This document shows positions 51,749 to 61,807 of a stretch of 64,000 bases of DNA, piece by piece. Location: assembly GCA_963764625.1 (NCBI GenBank), contig CAVXTH010000009.1, positions 160,001-224,000 of the forward strand. Reading direction: 5' to 3'. The DNA comes from Candidatus Krumholzibacteriota bacterium (GTDB lineage Bacteria; Krumholzibacteriota; Krumholzibacteriia; JAJRXK01). Made by a program: the position numbers and the translations under genes. The notes under the pieces were generated by a model that did not search any database, was not told where the DNA came from, and was given only the letters and a program-made list of their open reading frames with translations. Each line of letters starts with the position of its first letter. Position 1 is the stretch's first letter.

Positions 51749-52486
51749 GTGCAGCGGTCCATTCGCCGAAAGCTGATCGAACTGAATCTCGCCCTGTACG
51801 GGCGCTTCGCAGGCGAATTCTCGAGTTCGAGAGCCGTCTTGCAGCCAGGAATCGTGCGCGCCCTCGCGACGCTGGGTTCGTTCTCGAGCCTGGTGGACCT
51901 CGGGTGCGGCGATGCGCGCGTGGGCCGGGCTCTGCTGGGGGGGCAAGTGGGGCCTACCGTCCAGGGATGGCGAGGGTACTACCTGGGCGTGGACGCCAGT
52001 CGGGAGCTTCTGGCTCTGGCCCCATCGCAAACCGAGAGCTTCCAGCTTCTGCCGGTCGATCTGTCGCGAGAGGATTGGATCGAGCATATCCCGCGACCCG
52101 AGGGCGGATTCGAGGCGCTCGTACTCTTTTCCGTTCTGCACCACATTCCAGGACGAGCGCAACGCCTTCGCTTTCTGCGGGAATGCTCCACGCTTCTCTC
52201 AGAGGGTGGACGGTGGGCCCTCTCTGTTTGGCAGTTCCTACATCACGAGCGCTTTCGGGATCGCCTCGTCCCATGGTCGAGTATCAAAGTGAGAGAGGAC
52301 GAGGTGGAGAGCGGTGACGTCTTGCAGGACTGGCGGCGCGGTGGAAGAGGGCTGCGCTACGTACACTCCTTCGGGCTGGAGGAACTGCACGAGCTGTGCG
52401 AGAAGGCGGGTCTGCAGGTCGAGGAGCACTTTCGAAGCGACGGGGAGAGTGGCGACCTGGGGCTCTATCTGCTGGGCGAAAAGTAG
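51749..52486 (+). CDS. Class I SAM-dependent methyltransferase, Trm9/ALKBH8-like
   Basis: LYGRFAGEFSSSR, VDLGCG, GVDAS, FSVLHHIP...R, GGRWALSVW, GDVLQDW, RYVHSFGLEEL. Confidence 0.8.
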   Translation: MQRSIRRKLIELNLALYGRFAGEFSSSRAVLQPGIVRALATLGSFSSLVDLGCGDARVGRALLGGQVGPTVQGWRGYYLGVDASRELLALAPSQTESFQLLPVDLSREDWIEHIPRPEGGFEALVLFSVLHHIPGRAQRLRFLRECSTLLSEGGRWALSVWQFLHHERFRDRLVPWSSIKVREDEVESGDVLQDWRRGGRGLRYVHSFGLEELHELCEKAGLQVEEHFRSDGESGDLGLYLLGEK

Positions 52487-52487
52487 A

Positions 52488-54966
52488 CTAGGTACGATCG
52501 TGCAAGAGTTCCTGAATGCGGGCGAGAAAGATCTCGGCGACATAGGGTTTCATCAACACCTCCTCCTCGGCATCCAGCTCGGAACTTCCTTCCACTTCCG
52601 TGGAATTGTAGCCGGAGACGAACAAGATGCCCGCCTCGGGTTTCAGGGTGCGGATCTGAAGGCTCGTCTCGCGCCCACCCATTCTAGGCATGACAACGTC
52701 CAGGACAGAGAGTGCGATCTCGTCCTTGTGTAGTTGGAACAACTCGAGAGCTTCCTTCCCGTCGGAAGCGGCCAGGACGCGATAGCCTCCACGCTCGAGC
52801 ACTCGCGCGGCAATCTCCCGAACCAGGCGATCGTCTTCGGCGAGCAGGATGGTTTCTCCATTGCCGCTGTGGGGTTCGTTGGCGTCCTGGGGGCTCTGCG
52901 CCACCGCTTCGTCGGAGGCTGGAAGATAGACGGTGAGCTTGGTTCCCTTCCCCAAGGCACTTTCCAGGTCGATGCTTCCACCGTGTTGGCGAACGATTCC
53001 GTACACGGTCGCGAGCCCGATTCCCGTACCCGCCCCCACCTCCTTGGTGGTGAAAAAGGGCTCGAATACATGCTTCTGGACTTCACGCGACATGCCCGAA
53101 CCGTGGTCGCTGACTTCCAGGAGGGCAAACAGCCCTGCATAGGTTCCCGGGTGCTCTTCGAGAAAGTGATCGTCGGCGAGCGTCATCGCCGGTGCGAACC
53201 GTGATGGTGCCTGATTTGCCCATCGCGTCCCGTGCATTGACACAGAGATTCATCAGAACTTGGCCTAGCTGGCTTTGGTCGGCATAGACCGCCGGGCAAC
53301 GCGGATTCGCTTCGAAGCGGATTTCGACCGATTCGCCCATGAATCCGCGCAGCATCTGAATAGTCTCCCGGCAAACCTCGTTCAGATCGACCACCTCGGG
53401 ATTGAGGGTTTGCCGGCGACTGAAGGCAAGCAATTGCCGGGTCAGATGGATGGCTCGTTCGATCCCCTTGTGTACTTGATCCAGATCTTTGCGAGCGGAC
53501 GACCCCTCGGGAATTTCCCCGCTCGCGAACTCCAGATATCCGATCATGGCCTGGAGAATGTTGTTGAAGTCGTGAGCGATGCCCCCCGCGAGTTGTCCTA
53601 CCGCTTGTAACTTCTGCGATTGAATCAGTTGCTCTTCCAGTTCGTGTCGCCGAGTGATGTCGGTTCCCACTCCGATGATTTCCGCGACTGAACCGTCGTC
53701 ATCGAGGATCGAAGTTATCGACCAAGCCAGCCAACGCCAACCTACACCCGTCGTGGCTTTTTCCTCGAGGTGGCACGAGTGCGGTGGGCGGTCCAGTCCC
53801 GCCAGCGCGCGCTTCACCGCCTCGCGGTCATCTTCGTGGATCAACGACAGGAAGTCGGTTCCTAGGAGTTCCTCTTCTGATTTGGCGAAGAACTGGAAGC
53901 AACTCGGGCTCAGATAGAGGAAGCGACCCCGTGGGTCCATCTTGACCACCATGTCGCTCTGATTCTCCACCAACAACTTGTAATTCTCCTGACTCTCCGC
54001 GAGAGCCTCGTGTCGCTCGATCAGAGCCCTGAGCGCCAGGGAGAGAGCGAGGATCAGCGCCAAACCCGCCAGGACCAGGATTTCATCGGCGAAAGTTCGT
54101 GAACCAGAGAGGTATTGAGGATCCAGGGCGAAGCGCAGAGTCCACGGTCGGTCCACCACGCGGACCTGGAGAGACACCGCCAGCGGCCATTTCGCATCCT
54201 TGTCATCGGGGGGATGGAGATAGGCCCGATGGCCAGTGGAGTCGAGAACTTCGAAGCGGAAGTGATCGCGCAAATCAGCTTCTGGAAGACAACTGTCTAT
54301 CAGCGCATCGACTCGGAACACGCAGTTGGCGAATCCCAGCTGTGTTCCGGTGTCGGTTCGCAGCGGTTCATAGGTGGCGAACCCCTTTCCCCCCTGGAAG
54401 AGGTCGACCACGGGAGTCCGGCTGATGGAACCGCTCGCTTCAGCCCGCTCGAGCGTGACCGTGATTTCGGGGCGTGGATCGTGTCGCAGGTCTTGCCCCA
54501 ACGCCGCCACGTTGGAAGTCTCGGGGACGACGATCTGGATGATTCCCTGGTTATCAACGAAGTTCAGAGCCTGAATTCCGGGATAGAGTTGGACGAAGCG
54601 TGATGCGGTCGCTCGAAAGTTCTGACGCACCTCCAAGCTGTCGCTGAATTGCCGGCTGCATAGGTAGTCTACCGAAGCGGTGCGAGTGTCGATCCAAGAT
54701 TCTACACGGCGACGAATTTGCTGCGCGGTGATGCGAGTCTCTTGTTGAATTCTCTCGTTCTCGATCCCGTCGATGATCGTCCACAGTGCGATCGTGGCGG
54801 CCGCACCGACGACGAAGAACACCAGCGGCAATCGCCGCAAGAAAGGACCCACCCGCTGCGCCTTCGGGGGATGTCGTGAGGGCTTGGAGGATTTGCTGGA
54901 GAAGAGCACGAACAACCCTCGGAGAAGTGTCGGAGTCGTCGAATCTACCACGAAGAAGCATTTCAA
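52488..54966 (-). CDS. Hybrid sensor histidine kinase (CHASE-like, PAS, HisKA, HATPase, REC), frameshift near 53190
   Basis: Two TM helices, PAS (IHEDD), AHDFNN, NLCVNARDAM, DHGSGM, EPFFTTK, GLATVY, receiver LAEDD/DVVMP/KP. Confidence 0.92.
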
Positions 54967-55427
54967 CTGTTACCATTGGGTAGGGCAGAGTACCAGTTGA
55001 AACCGCGCAGCCACCGATGGCGATCGGCAAGCCAGGTGGAAACGCGGCTCATCTTCCACCGCTTGGGCCGAAACGACGCCGATCGCGAGACGGCCAAGCC
55101 GCTCCGGTCTTCCAGTACGTATTTTGATTAGAACCGACGAGAGAAGGACGGAGGGGCCAGCCTCGCGACCGCTGCCCGCGGGGAGGGTGCTCCGCGAGCC
55201 CTTCGTCCGTGGAGGAGCCGGGCATCGCCATGCCTAAGTTCATCAAAGGCAGCCGGATAGCGAAGCTCTCCTGGAACACGGAGGACTCAGAAGCGCGAAG
55301 CCACCAATCGAGAGGTGGCAGGAGGCGGCGCTCGGGCGGCGCCAGAACGTCCCAGGGGGTGAGCGTTCGGTCCCTCCAGGACGGGGAAAACTCGCCGCCG
55401 GCGGGGGGGCGTGCGGGCGACAAACAG

Positions 55428-55456
55428 TTTGCGAAAATGGCGGGGCGCGCTATGCT
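55428..55456 (+). promoter_or_regulatory. Candidate sigma70 promoter for the RRM gene
   Basis: TTGCGA (55429) N16 TATGCT (55451). Confidence 0.4.
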
Positions 55457-55749
55457 CACAATTGTACGAGCGGGTGCATCCTGGCCCGCGGAGATTGGTT
55501 ATGGAGTTAGGATCGATCGGCTTGAGCCCTCGAATTCCCGCCATGTCCCACCTGTGCGTGGACGTCTTCGTAGCCGAATCCAGAGTTTTGCTCGGGAGTC
55601 ATCCCGAGCTCGAGATTCCCTCGATCGTCGAGGGAAGATGTCCGGCATTTCGCTGGATGAGCATGAGGCGTGGTGGTTCTTCCGGATAGTCCGGCGACCC
55701 CGAGCGCCTCAGATAGACCGGCGATGCCGGTTGATGGAGACGAAAGAAC

Positions 55750-56067
55750 GTGAAGAAGCTTTATGTAGGCAACCTGCCTTTTAGTGCGACCGATGCTGAG
55801 GTCAATGAATTGTTCAGCCAACACGGTACGGTGCACTCGGTGGCTCTGATCAACGACCGTGAGACTGGCCGTCCCCGCGGATTTGGATTCGTGGAAATGG
55901 ATGACGATGCTGCGCAGGCTGCCATCAGCGCCCTGAACGGTTTCGAGATGGGTGGACGCGCTCTGCGTGTCAATGAAGCCCAGGAACGTCCCCGCCGCAG
56001 CGGTGGTGGTGGCGGTGGCGGTGGCTTCGGTGGTGGTGGCGGCGGTGGTCGCCGAGATCGCTGGTAA
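55750..56067 (+). CDS. RRM RNA-binding protein with Gly-rich tail
   Basis: RNP2 LYVGNL, RNP1 RGFGFVEM, LRVNEA, poly-Gly C-terminus. Confidence 0.96.
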   Translation: MKKLYVGNLPFSATDAEVNELFSQHGTVHSVALINDRETGRPRGFGFVEMDDDAAQAAISALNGFEMGGRALRVNEAQERPRRSGGGGGGGGFGGGGGGGRRDRW

Positions 56068-56096
56068 TCCCACACCACTCACATCGTGAGTTGACG

Positions 56097-56131
56097 AGGC
56101 CCCGTTCCCTTCGAGGAGCGGGGCTTTTTTT
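56097..56131 (+). terminator. Rho-independent terminator
   Basis: GCCCCGTTCC-cttcga-GGAGCGGGGC followed by T7. Confidence 0.85.
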
Positions 56132-56205
56132 ACCCTGAAAACCAATTCAAGATGATGGACTCACGTCTTGGGCGGCGCCGTGGAGGGACGCGCTTGCCCG
56201 GAGCA

Positions 56206-56234
56206 TGTAATAATCGGATCTCTCCATCGTTGTA
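56206..56234 (+). promoter_or_regulatory. Candidate autoregulatory ECF promoter
   Basis: TGTAAT N16 CGTTGTA ending 6 nt before the sigma factor ATG. Confidence 0.55.
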
Positions 56235-56240
56235 AAGGGC

Positions 56241-56774
56241 ATGGAAACCATGGCAACTCAGGAAGATTGGCTCATGGAGCGGGTGCGGGCCGGTGACCGA
56301 GCAGCGCTTGGACGGCTCTACCGGCTGCTATCCGGCGGGCTCTTCAATTACCTGCGCAAGAGAGGGGCGAACCCGGACGACGCCGCGGATGTGCTCCACG
56401 ATGCCTTTCTCAAGGTGTGGCGCCATCGAAAGCGATTTCGCGGTAGAGGCGCACGGCCCTGGATCTACACCATCGCACGAAATGCATGGATCGATACTCG
56501 CACGCGTGCCGAGAGTTCGCTGACTCGAGTCAGCCACGATCTCGTGAGCAGCGCGCCCTCTGCCGAGGACGAATACTTGGCGCGGGAACTTGCGGACAGA
56601 ATTCATGAAGCGCTCGCGGGGCTGCCCGAGGCAACCCGCGAGGTGATTCTCCTGAGTCGTTACTCGGCCATGTCGTCGGCTGAAATCGCGGAAGTTTTGG
56701 AAATGAGCCAGGGAAACGTCGCGGTGAGGCTGCACCGGGGCCTGAAGGCACTGAAGGAGGTGCTCGATGGGTGA
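56241..56774 (+). CDS. ECF sigma-70 factor
   Basis: DAADVLHDAFLKVW, WIYTIARN, EIAEVL...VAVRLHRG. Confidence 0.94.
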   Translation: METMATQEDWLMERVRAGDRAALGRLYRLLSGGLFNYLRKRGANPDDAADVLHDAFLKVWRHRKRFRGRGARPWIYTIARNAWIDTRTRAESSLTRVSHDLVSSAPSAEDEYLARELADRIHEALAGLPEATREVILLSRYSAMSSAEIAEVLEMSQGNVAVRLHRGLKALKEVLDG

Positions 56775-57318
56775 CAGCGATGTAAAGTTCCTGCAGCAGG
56801 ACAATCTCGATCGTTGGAAGGACACTCTCGGCGAAGATGCCGAGAGTCTGTGGGAGGCGCTGGACGAAGAATCTCCCCCTCCCTACTTCAGCCAGGTCGA
56901 GGGAAAGCACGGTACGCTGATGCTCTGGCGGATGGCGACCGTGGTAGCTGTCTTGCTCGGCATCCTACTCTTGGGGATCAACCTGCATCAGAGGAGCCAG
57001 CTACGAGCGCTCGCGATCGACAACGCCATTCAGAAGTTGAGTTCTTCTGAAATCCGGACCCGGTTCGCGGGAGTCGAGCAGCTTCAGGAGATGCACAGTG
57101 GGCTTTCCGATGCCGCGGTCCGCGAGCTCTTTACGCTGTTGGCAAGCTCCGAGGACCCGAACCTGCAACTCAGCATTCTCGAGATTCTGGTCGCGCAGAA
57201 GTGCGTAGACGGTGTGGAGGACATTCCCACTGGATACGGCGCCGCCAAAAGCCAGTTCCTGCGAACGGTGTACGAGAAGCTCTACCGGAAAGAGGGAGGT
57301 AAACATGATCCGCTTTGA
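56767..57318 (+). CDS. Probable single-TM anti-sigma factor with HEAT-like periplasmic domain
   Basis: Overlaps sigma stop; TM VVAVLLGILLLG; LLASSEDPNLQLSILEIL. Confidence 0.65.
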   Translation: MGDSDVKFLQQDNLDRWKDTLGEDAESLWEALDEESPPPYFSQVEGKHGTLMLWRMATVVAVLLGILLLGINLHQRSQLRALAIDNAIQKLSSSEIRTRFAGVEQLQEMHSGLSDAAVRELFTLLASSEDPNLQLSILEILVAQKCVDGVEDIPTGYGAAKSQFLRTVYEKLYRKEGGKHDPL

Positions 57319-58125
57319 GGTGAAGCGCCGGAGTCGAGGAGGGGCATCCACCGCCGCGGTTGCCCTGCTCATGCTCGGCTGGGTCTGCAGTGGGAGCTTG
57401 CATGCTACGCTCGCACACGCGGACGAGTTGGCCATTGATGGGGTGGAGAAGGTAAGGAGCCTTCGCCTGAGCGCCGATTTCGCAGACGTGGAACTGCGGG
57501 CCACCGATGGGGGGTTCCGTGGCTCCTGGCACGCGGAGAGCTTGGGGGAACCGCGGGAGAACCAGGATGCGGGCATCCCGGTGCTCCCCGCCGCAGCACC
57601 CATCACCCTCGTGAACGATGGCCAACTCCTGGTCCGCGCGCAGAACGCAAGCTACCGCTACCACCTCGAGTTCGACATCCCCCGCGGCTGGGGAGTGACG
57701 GTTCAGATCTATCGGCATGGAAACGTGTGGATTGCGGGAATGGAGGGCGCGGTTAGCGCGTGGTCAGCCGGAGGGGATGTCAACGTGCTGCAACAGACGG
57801 GGGCGTTTTCGATCACCGCGATGGATGGGAGTGCCGCGGTGGATTTCGTCGGCAATACGCTCGAGTCGGCTTCAGCAATTTCTGCTCACGTTCCCACGCT
57901 GAAGGAGCGTGGGATCAAACTCACGATTCCGCCCGGTTTGGCAGCCGAATTTCGTATTTCCACCACGGGAAGGATTCACACCGACCTTCCCCCGCTGCTT
58001 CACGGCCTGAAGCAGGCCAACGCGAAGGGGGGGCTAAATCCTCTGAGCGTCATGTTGAATGGGGGTGGCCCTTCCATTCGCTCCGGAACGTCAACGGAGA
58101 TGTCGAAATCCTCGCTCACGACTGA
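57305..58125 (+). CDS. DUF4097-like beta-strand-repeat envelope protein, frameshift near 58080
   Basis: Signal peptide, GNVWIAGMEGAVSAWSAGGDV repeats, LNGGGP then LRNVNGDVEI in another frame. Confidence 0.65.
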
Positions 58126-58163
58126 GCCACTTCGAGTTCAACCTATTTCCAATGGAGTCTGGG

Positions 58164-59546
58164 ATGAAAGCAGTTCTTGCCCTGATCGCATTTCTCTTTC
58201 TGTCGCAGGGCACGGCTGCGGCCAAAGAGCCAAATCACAAACTCGAGGAGAAACTCCGGGAGTACCTGGAGGCTCTCGAGGCGAACGAAGACTTCATGGG
58301 CGAAGTCATGTTTTGCGATGAAGGGGGTCAGGTCACGGACGTGGTCGTCGGGATGGCGGATATCGAAAGCGCGCGTCCCCATGAACCCGGGGATGTCTAT
58401 CATGTCGCGTCGCTGACCAAACAGTTCACCGGAGCGGCGATTGCAAAGCTCGCTTCTGAAGGGAAGCTGGCGCTGGAAGACCCTCTGCAAGAGTTCATTC
58501 CCGGTTTTCCCCATGCCGATGAAATAACCATTCGCGCTCTCGTGAACCAGGATGCCGGCGTTCCCGACTACAATGACTTCGACGACTACGCTCAGCGGAT
58601 CCACCAGACCCTGTCATTGGAAGAGGTGATCGAGTGGATCGAAAGCAAAGCGGGTGATTTCGAGGCGAACAATGGATACGGATACTCCAACTCCCAATTC
58701 GCTCTGTTGGCAAGGGTGATCGAGATCGCCAGTGGTACGCCTTACCGGGAGTACATGAAGAAGAACATCTTCGAACCGGCGGGGATGGACGACAGCGGCA
58801 ACTTCACCCACGCGCAGGTCGTGATGCGCCGGGTTGCCGGTTATGATCCCGGCCCCGGAAGGAGTTTGATCAATGCTCAAGTGGTCAATAACTCGATCAA
58901 GTTGGGTTCGGGATCGCTCTACACCACCGCTCGAGATCTGTTGCGGTGGCATCAGGCGCTTCTCCATGACACGGTGCTCACCGAAGAGGCCCAGAAGGTC
59001 TACCTGCAACCCTCAGAGTTCGGTTACGCGATGGGGGTAGCCATCTGGCAGGACAAAAGCTCGGGTGAACACTTCGCCGCCCACGATGGCAAGTCCCCGG
59101 GAGGCTTTGCCTACATGAAGCGCTGGCTGGACTCCAAGCAGGTGCTGATCGTGCTCTCGAACGTCAACAGTGGACAGATGAATCGGATGAAGGGAGACCT
59201 CACGAGGTTGGTGAGTGGCGAGCCGGTCGAACTGCCGAAGTTGCGGAAAGTGCGGAGGCTGAAGGAAGGCGAGGCCGAGCCACTGCTGGGGCAGTATCTC
59301 TTTCCCCCCGACAACAAAATTCGGATTGCAGACCTGAATGGCGGTCTTGTTCTCTATTGGCGCGACACCGGGCTCGCCCAGTACTTGGTGCCTCTGGCGG
59401 ACAGTGAGTGGTACTTCATGCCTAGCCGGGCCGAGAGAGTTCGCTTTACGAGGAATCCCGAGGGGCAAGTGGTCGCTCTAGAATATGATTGGGGGCATGG
59501 TATTCAAGAATGTCTACGCGTCGCACTTTCGCCTGAGGGAGGATGA
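58164..59546 (+). CDS. Serine hydrolase (beta-lactamase/AmpC-like family)
   Basis: Signal peptide, ASLTKQF (SxxK), YSN, HDGKSPG. Confidence 0.9.
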   Translation: MKAVLALIAFLFLSQGTAAAKEPNHKLEEKLREYLEALEANEDFMGEVMFCDEGGQVTDVVVGMADIESARPHEPGDVYHVASLTKQFTGAAIAKLASEGKLALEDPLQEFIPGFPHADEITIRALVNQDAGVPDYNDFDDYAQRIHQTLSLEEVIEWIESKAGDFEANNGYGYSNSQFALLARVIEIASGTPYREYMKKNIFEPAGMDDSGNFTHAQVVMRRVAGYDPGPGRSLINAQVVNNSIKLGSGSLYTTARDLLRWHQALLHDTVLTEEAQKVYLQPSEFGYAMGVAIWQDKSSGEHFAAHDGKSPGGFAYMKRWLDSKQVLIVLSNVNSGQMNRMKGDLTRLVSGEPVELPKLRKVRRLKEGEAEPLLGQYLFPPDNKIRIADLNGGLVLYWRDTGLAQYLVPLADSEWYFMPSRAERVRFTRNPEGQVVALEYDWGHGIQECLRVALSPEGG

Positions 59547-59568
59547 TTCCCCGTCCTTTCGACCGCTT

Positions 59569-59584
59569 TGGTATGAAATTCGCA
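59569..59584 (+). promoter_or_regulatory. Candidate sigma54 -24/-12 promoter
   Basis: TGGTATGAAATTCGCA, GG-N10-GC spacing, intergenic. Confidence 0.35.
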
Positions 59585-59673
59585 GACGGTGCAGTCGGTT
59601 GGGTGAGGCCCGGTGCCTTCGAGGGGCCTGCCCAGGCATCCTGGCCGTCTCTTGTCTCTCGACGGGAACTTCG

Positions 59674-60396
59674 ATGAATCACACCATGCGCAGGGCTTTG
59701 ATCTTCCTCGGCGCTTTGAGCTCTTGGGCGCTCGTGGCCGCGGCCGCGCAATCCAAGGGTGCGTTCCCCAATCCCGTCCAGATCGCCCCGAAGATCGGAA
59801 AGGTCTGGAACGAGAGCCTGGACACCACCCGCACACTGCAGTGGACCGAGAAAGCAGTTCTGACTCTCGAGAAACTCGATCGGGTGACGGAACTCTCGAC
59901 CAACCGGATCGTCGCAAGCGGGAAGGTCTCCCGGACGATCGAGGAGAGCGAGGTTCATGGCCGGCACCGGACCGGCATGAAACGACGCATCCGTGACAAC
60001 ATCGCTCTGCTTTCCCGGGATGCTATCGCGACGGCAAGCCAGTTCATTGCCAACTACGCGTTTCCTTCGGAATCTCAGATGCGGGATTGCGTCGCTCGCA
60101 GTGCGATCGTCATCAGTGACGTTCCGGGGCTCCAGGGCGATTGGGAACTCACCACCAGAAACGCCTTCAGGGACGACGACATCTTGACGCAGTGGATCCA
60201 GCCAGAATCCGGCCGTGTGCTCAAGATGCGCTACCAATCGTGGATCGATGACGAGCCGGTCAAGGCGGAGACCCTCTACCAGGTTTTGCCCGACGGCAGC
60301 GACGTTCCGCGGATGACCATTATGAACTACGTAGAGAGCGACATGACCATTCGGATCGAGTATTCGAACTACGCCAAACAGAAGGCCCCGAACTGA
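59674..60396 (+). CDS. Secreted hypothetical protein
   Basis: Signal peptide; beta-rich C-terminus (IRIEYSNY). Confidence 0.6.
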   Translation: MNHTMRRALIFLGALSSWALVAAAAQSKGAFPNPVQIAPKIGKVWNESLDTTRTLQWTEKAVLTLEKLDRVTELSTNRIVASGKVSRTIEESEVHGRHRTGMKRRIRDNIALLSRDAIATASQFIANYAFPSESQMRDCVARSAIVISDVPGLQGDWELTTRNAFRDDDILTQWIQPESGRVLKMRYQSWIDDEPVKAETLYQVLPDGSDVPRMTIMNYVESDMTIRIEYSNYAKQKAPN

Positions 60397-60397
60397 A

Positions 60398-61558
60398 CTA
60401 GGAACTCGCTGCCTCGCGCATGATGTTCCGGGCGATCACCAATCGCTGAATCTGATTCGTACCCTCGTAGATCTGTGTGATCTTCGCATCACGCATGTAC
60501 TTCTCGATCGGATAGTCTTTGCAGTAGCCATAGCCGCCGAAGAGCTGGACGCAGTCGGTGGTCACCTTCATGGCCACGTCGGTCGCCATCAGCTTGCACA
60601 TGGCGGAGAGTTTCGTGATCTTCCGGCTTCCCGCGTCGATCGCGCGGGCCGCAGTGTGCACCAGGGTGCGCGCGGCCTCGATCTGGGTCGCCATGTCCGC
60701 GAGCATGAACTGAATTCCCTGGAAGGAATTCACGGACTGTCCGAATTGCTTGCGCTCTGAGGTATAGGTGACAGCGAGATCGAGAGCGCCCTGGGCTAAG
60801 CCCACTGCCTGAGCGGCCACGCCTGGGCGTGCGCGGTCGAGGGTAATCATGGCCTGTTTGAAACCCTGTCCTTCGACTCCGCCCAGGAGATTCGCGGCAG
60901 GAACTTCGACGTCCTTGAAGTGGATCTCGACCACCGGTACGCAGCGAATTCCCATCTTGTCCTCGATCTTTCCGACCTCGTACCCGGCCATACCCTTTTC
61001 GACGACGAGAGCGGAGATGCCCCGCGCTCCCCGATCGGGATTCGTGACCGCGAATACCGTGTTCAGCGATGCCACCGAGCCGCCGGTGTTCCACTTCTTC
61101 TCTCCGTTGAGTACGTAGCTCTCCCCCTTCTTCTCCGCGCGGGTGGTCATACTTCCCGCGTCCGATCCCGAGGCCTTTTCGGAGAGTCCGAAGGAGATCA
61201 ACTTCTCACCGGAGGCGATCTCGGGGAGCCAGCGCTTTCTTTGCTCCTCGGTGCCGCTGAGAAGAATGGGGAACGAGCCCAACGCGTTCACCGCATAGCC
61301 GACGCCCATCCCGCCGCAGGCGCGCGAGAACTCTTCGACCACCAGACACAGATCGAGCACGCCACCGCCGAGACCCCCGTATTCCTTAGGGATCCACACT
61401 CCCGAGAGTCCCGCGGCGCGGATGGCTTTTTGCACTTCCCAGGGGTAGCTCTGCTCGACGTCGTACTTGGCCGCCACCGGGCGCATGACTTCCTCGGCCA
61501 GGCCGCGGGCTTGCTCCCTAAGTTCGATCTGACTGGGGGTATAGAGCTCGTCGATCAT
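60398..61558 (-). CDS. Acyl-CoA dehydrogenase
   Basis: IPKEYGG, GLSEKASGSDA, KMGIR, RKQFG, QLFGGYGY, RDAKITQIYEGTNQIQR. Confidence 0.96.
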   Translation of the reverse strand: MIDELYTPSQIELREQARGLAEEVMRPVAAKYDVEQSYPWEVQKAIRAAGLSGVWIPKEYGGLGGGVLDLCLVVEEFSRACGGMGVGYAVNALGSFPILLSGTEEQRKRWLPEIASGEKLISFGLSEKASGSDAGSMTTRAEKKGESYVLNGEKKWNTGGSVASLNTVFAVTNPDRGARGISALVVEKGMAGYEVGKIEDKMGIRCVPVVEIHFKDVEVPAANLLGGVEGQGFKQAMITLDRARPGVAAQAVGLAQGALDLAVTYTSERKQFGQSVNSFQGIQFMLADMATQIEAARTLVHTAARAIDAGSRKITKLSAMCKLMATDVAMKVTTDCVQLFGGYGYCKDYPIEKYMRDAKITQIYEGTNQIQRLVIARNIMREAASS

Positions 61559-61807
61559 GCCGTCCTCGCTTCTCAGAATTCGTAGATTGAGCGTTCATTC
61601 GGAACTTAGGGGCCATTCTGGCAGATGGAAGCAGAGATGCAAAGTAGAAGATCAAAAGCCCCGGTTCTCGCCCGCGCAGGGCAGGATCCCCCCCATGACG
61701 GTGGAGACTCCAACCGGGTCCCTCCGGGTCGAGGATCAATCCCCCGCTTGTAGGCGAGTGAAGCCGCACCTATGCTCGCTTTCTCAACCCGCGAGGAGGG
61801 AATCGTC

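Noticed and set aside
55240-55325. Possible c-di-GMP riboswitch
   Set aside because: Only fragments resemble the consensus; the P1/P2 architecture could not be built by eye.
56001-56050. GGT/GGC trinucleotide repeat
   Set aside because: It encodes the normal Gly-rich tail of the RRM protein; not an independent repeat element.
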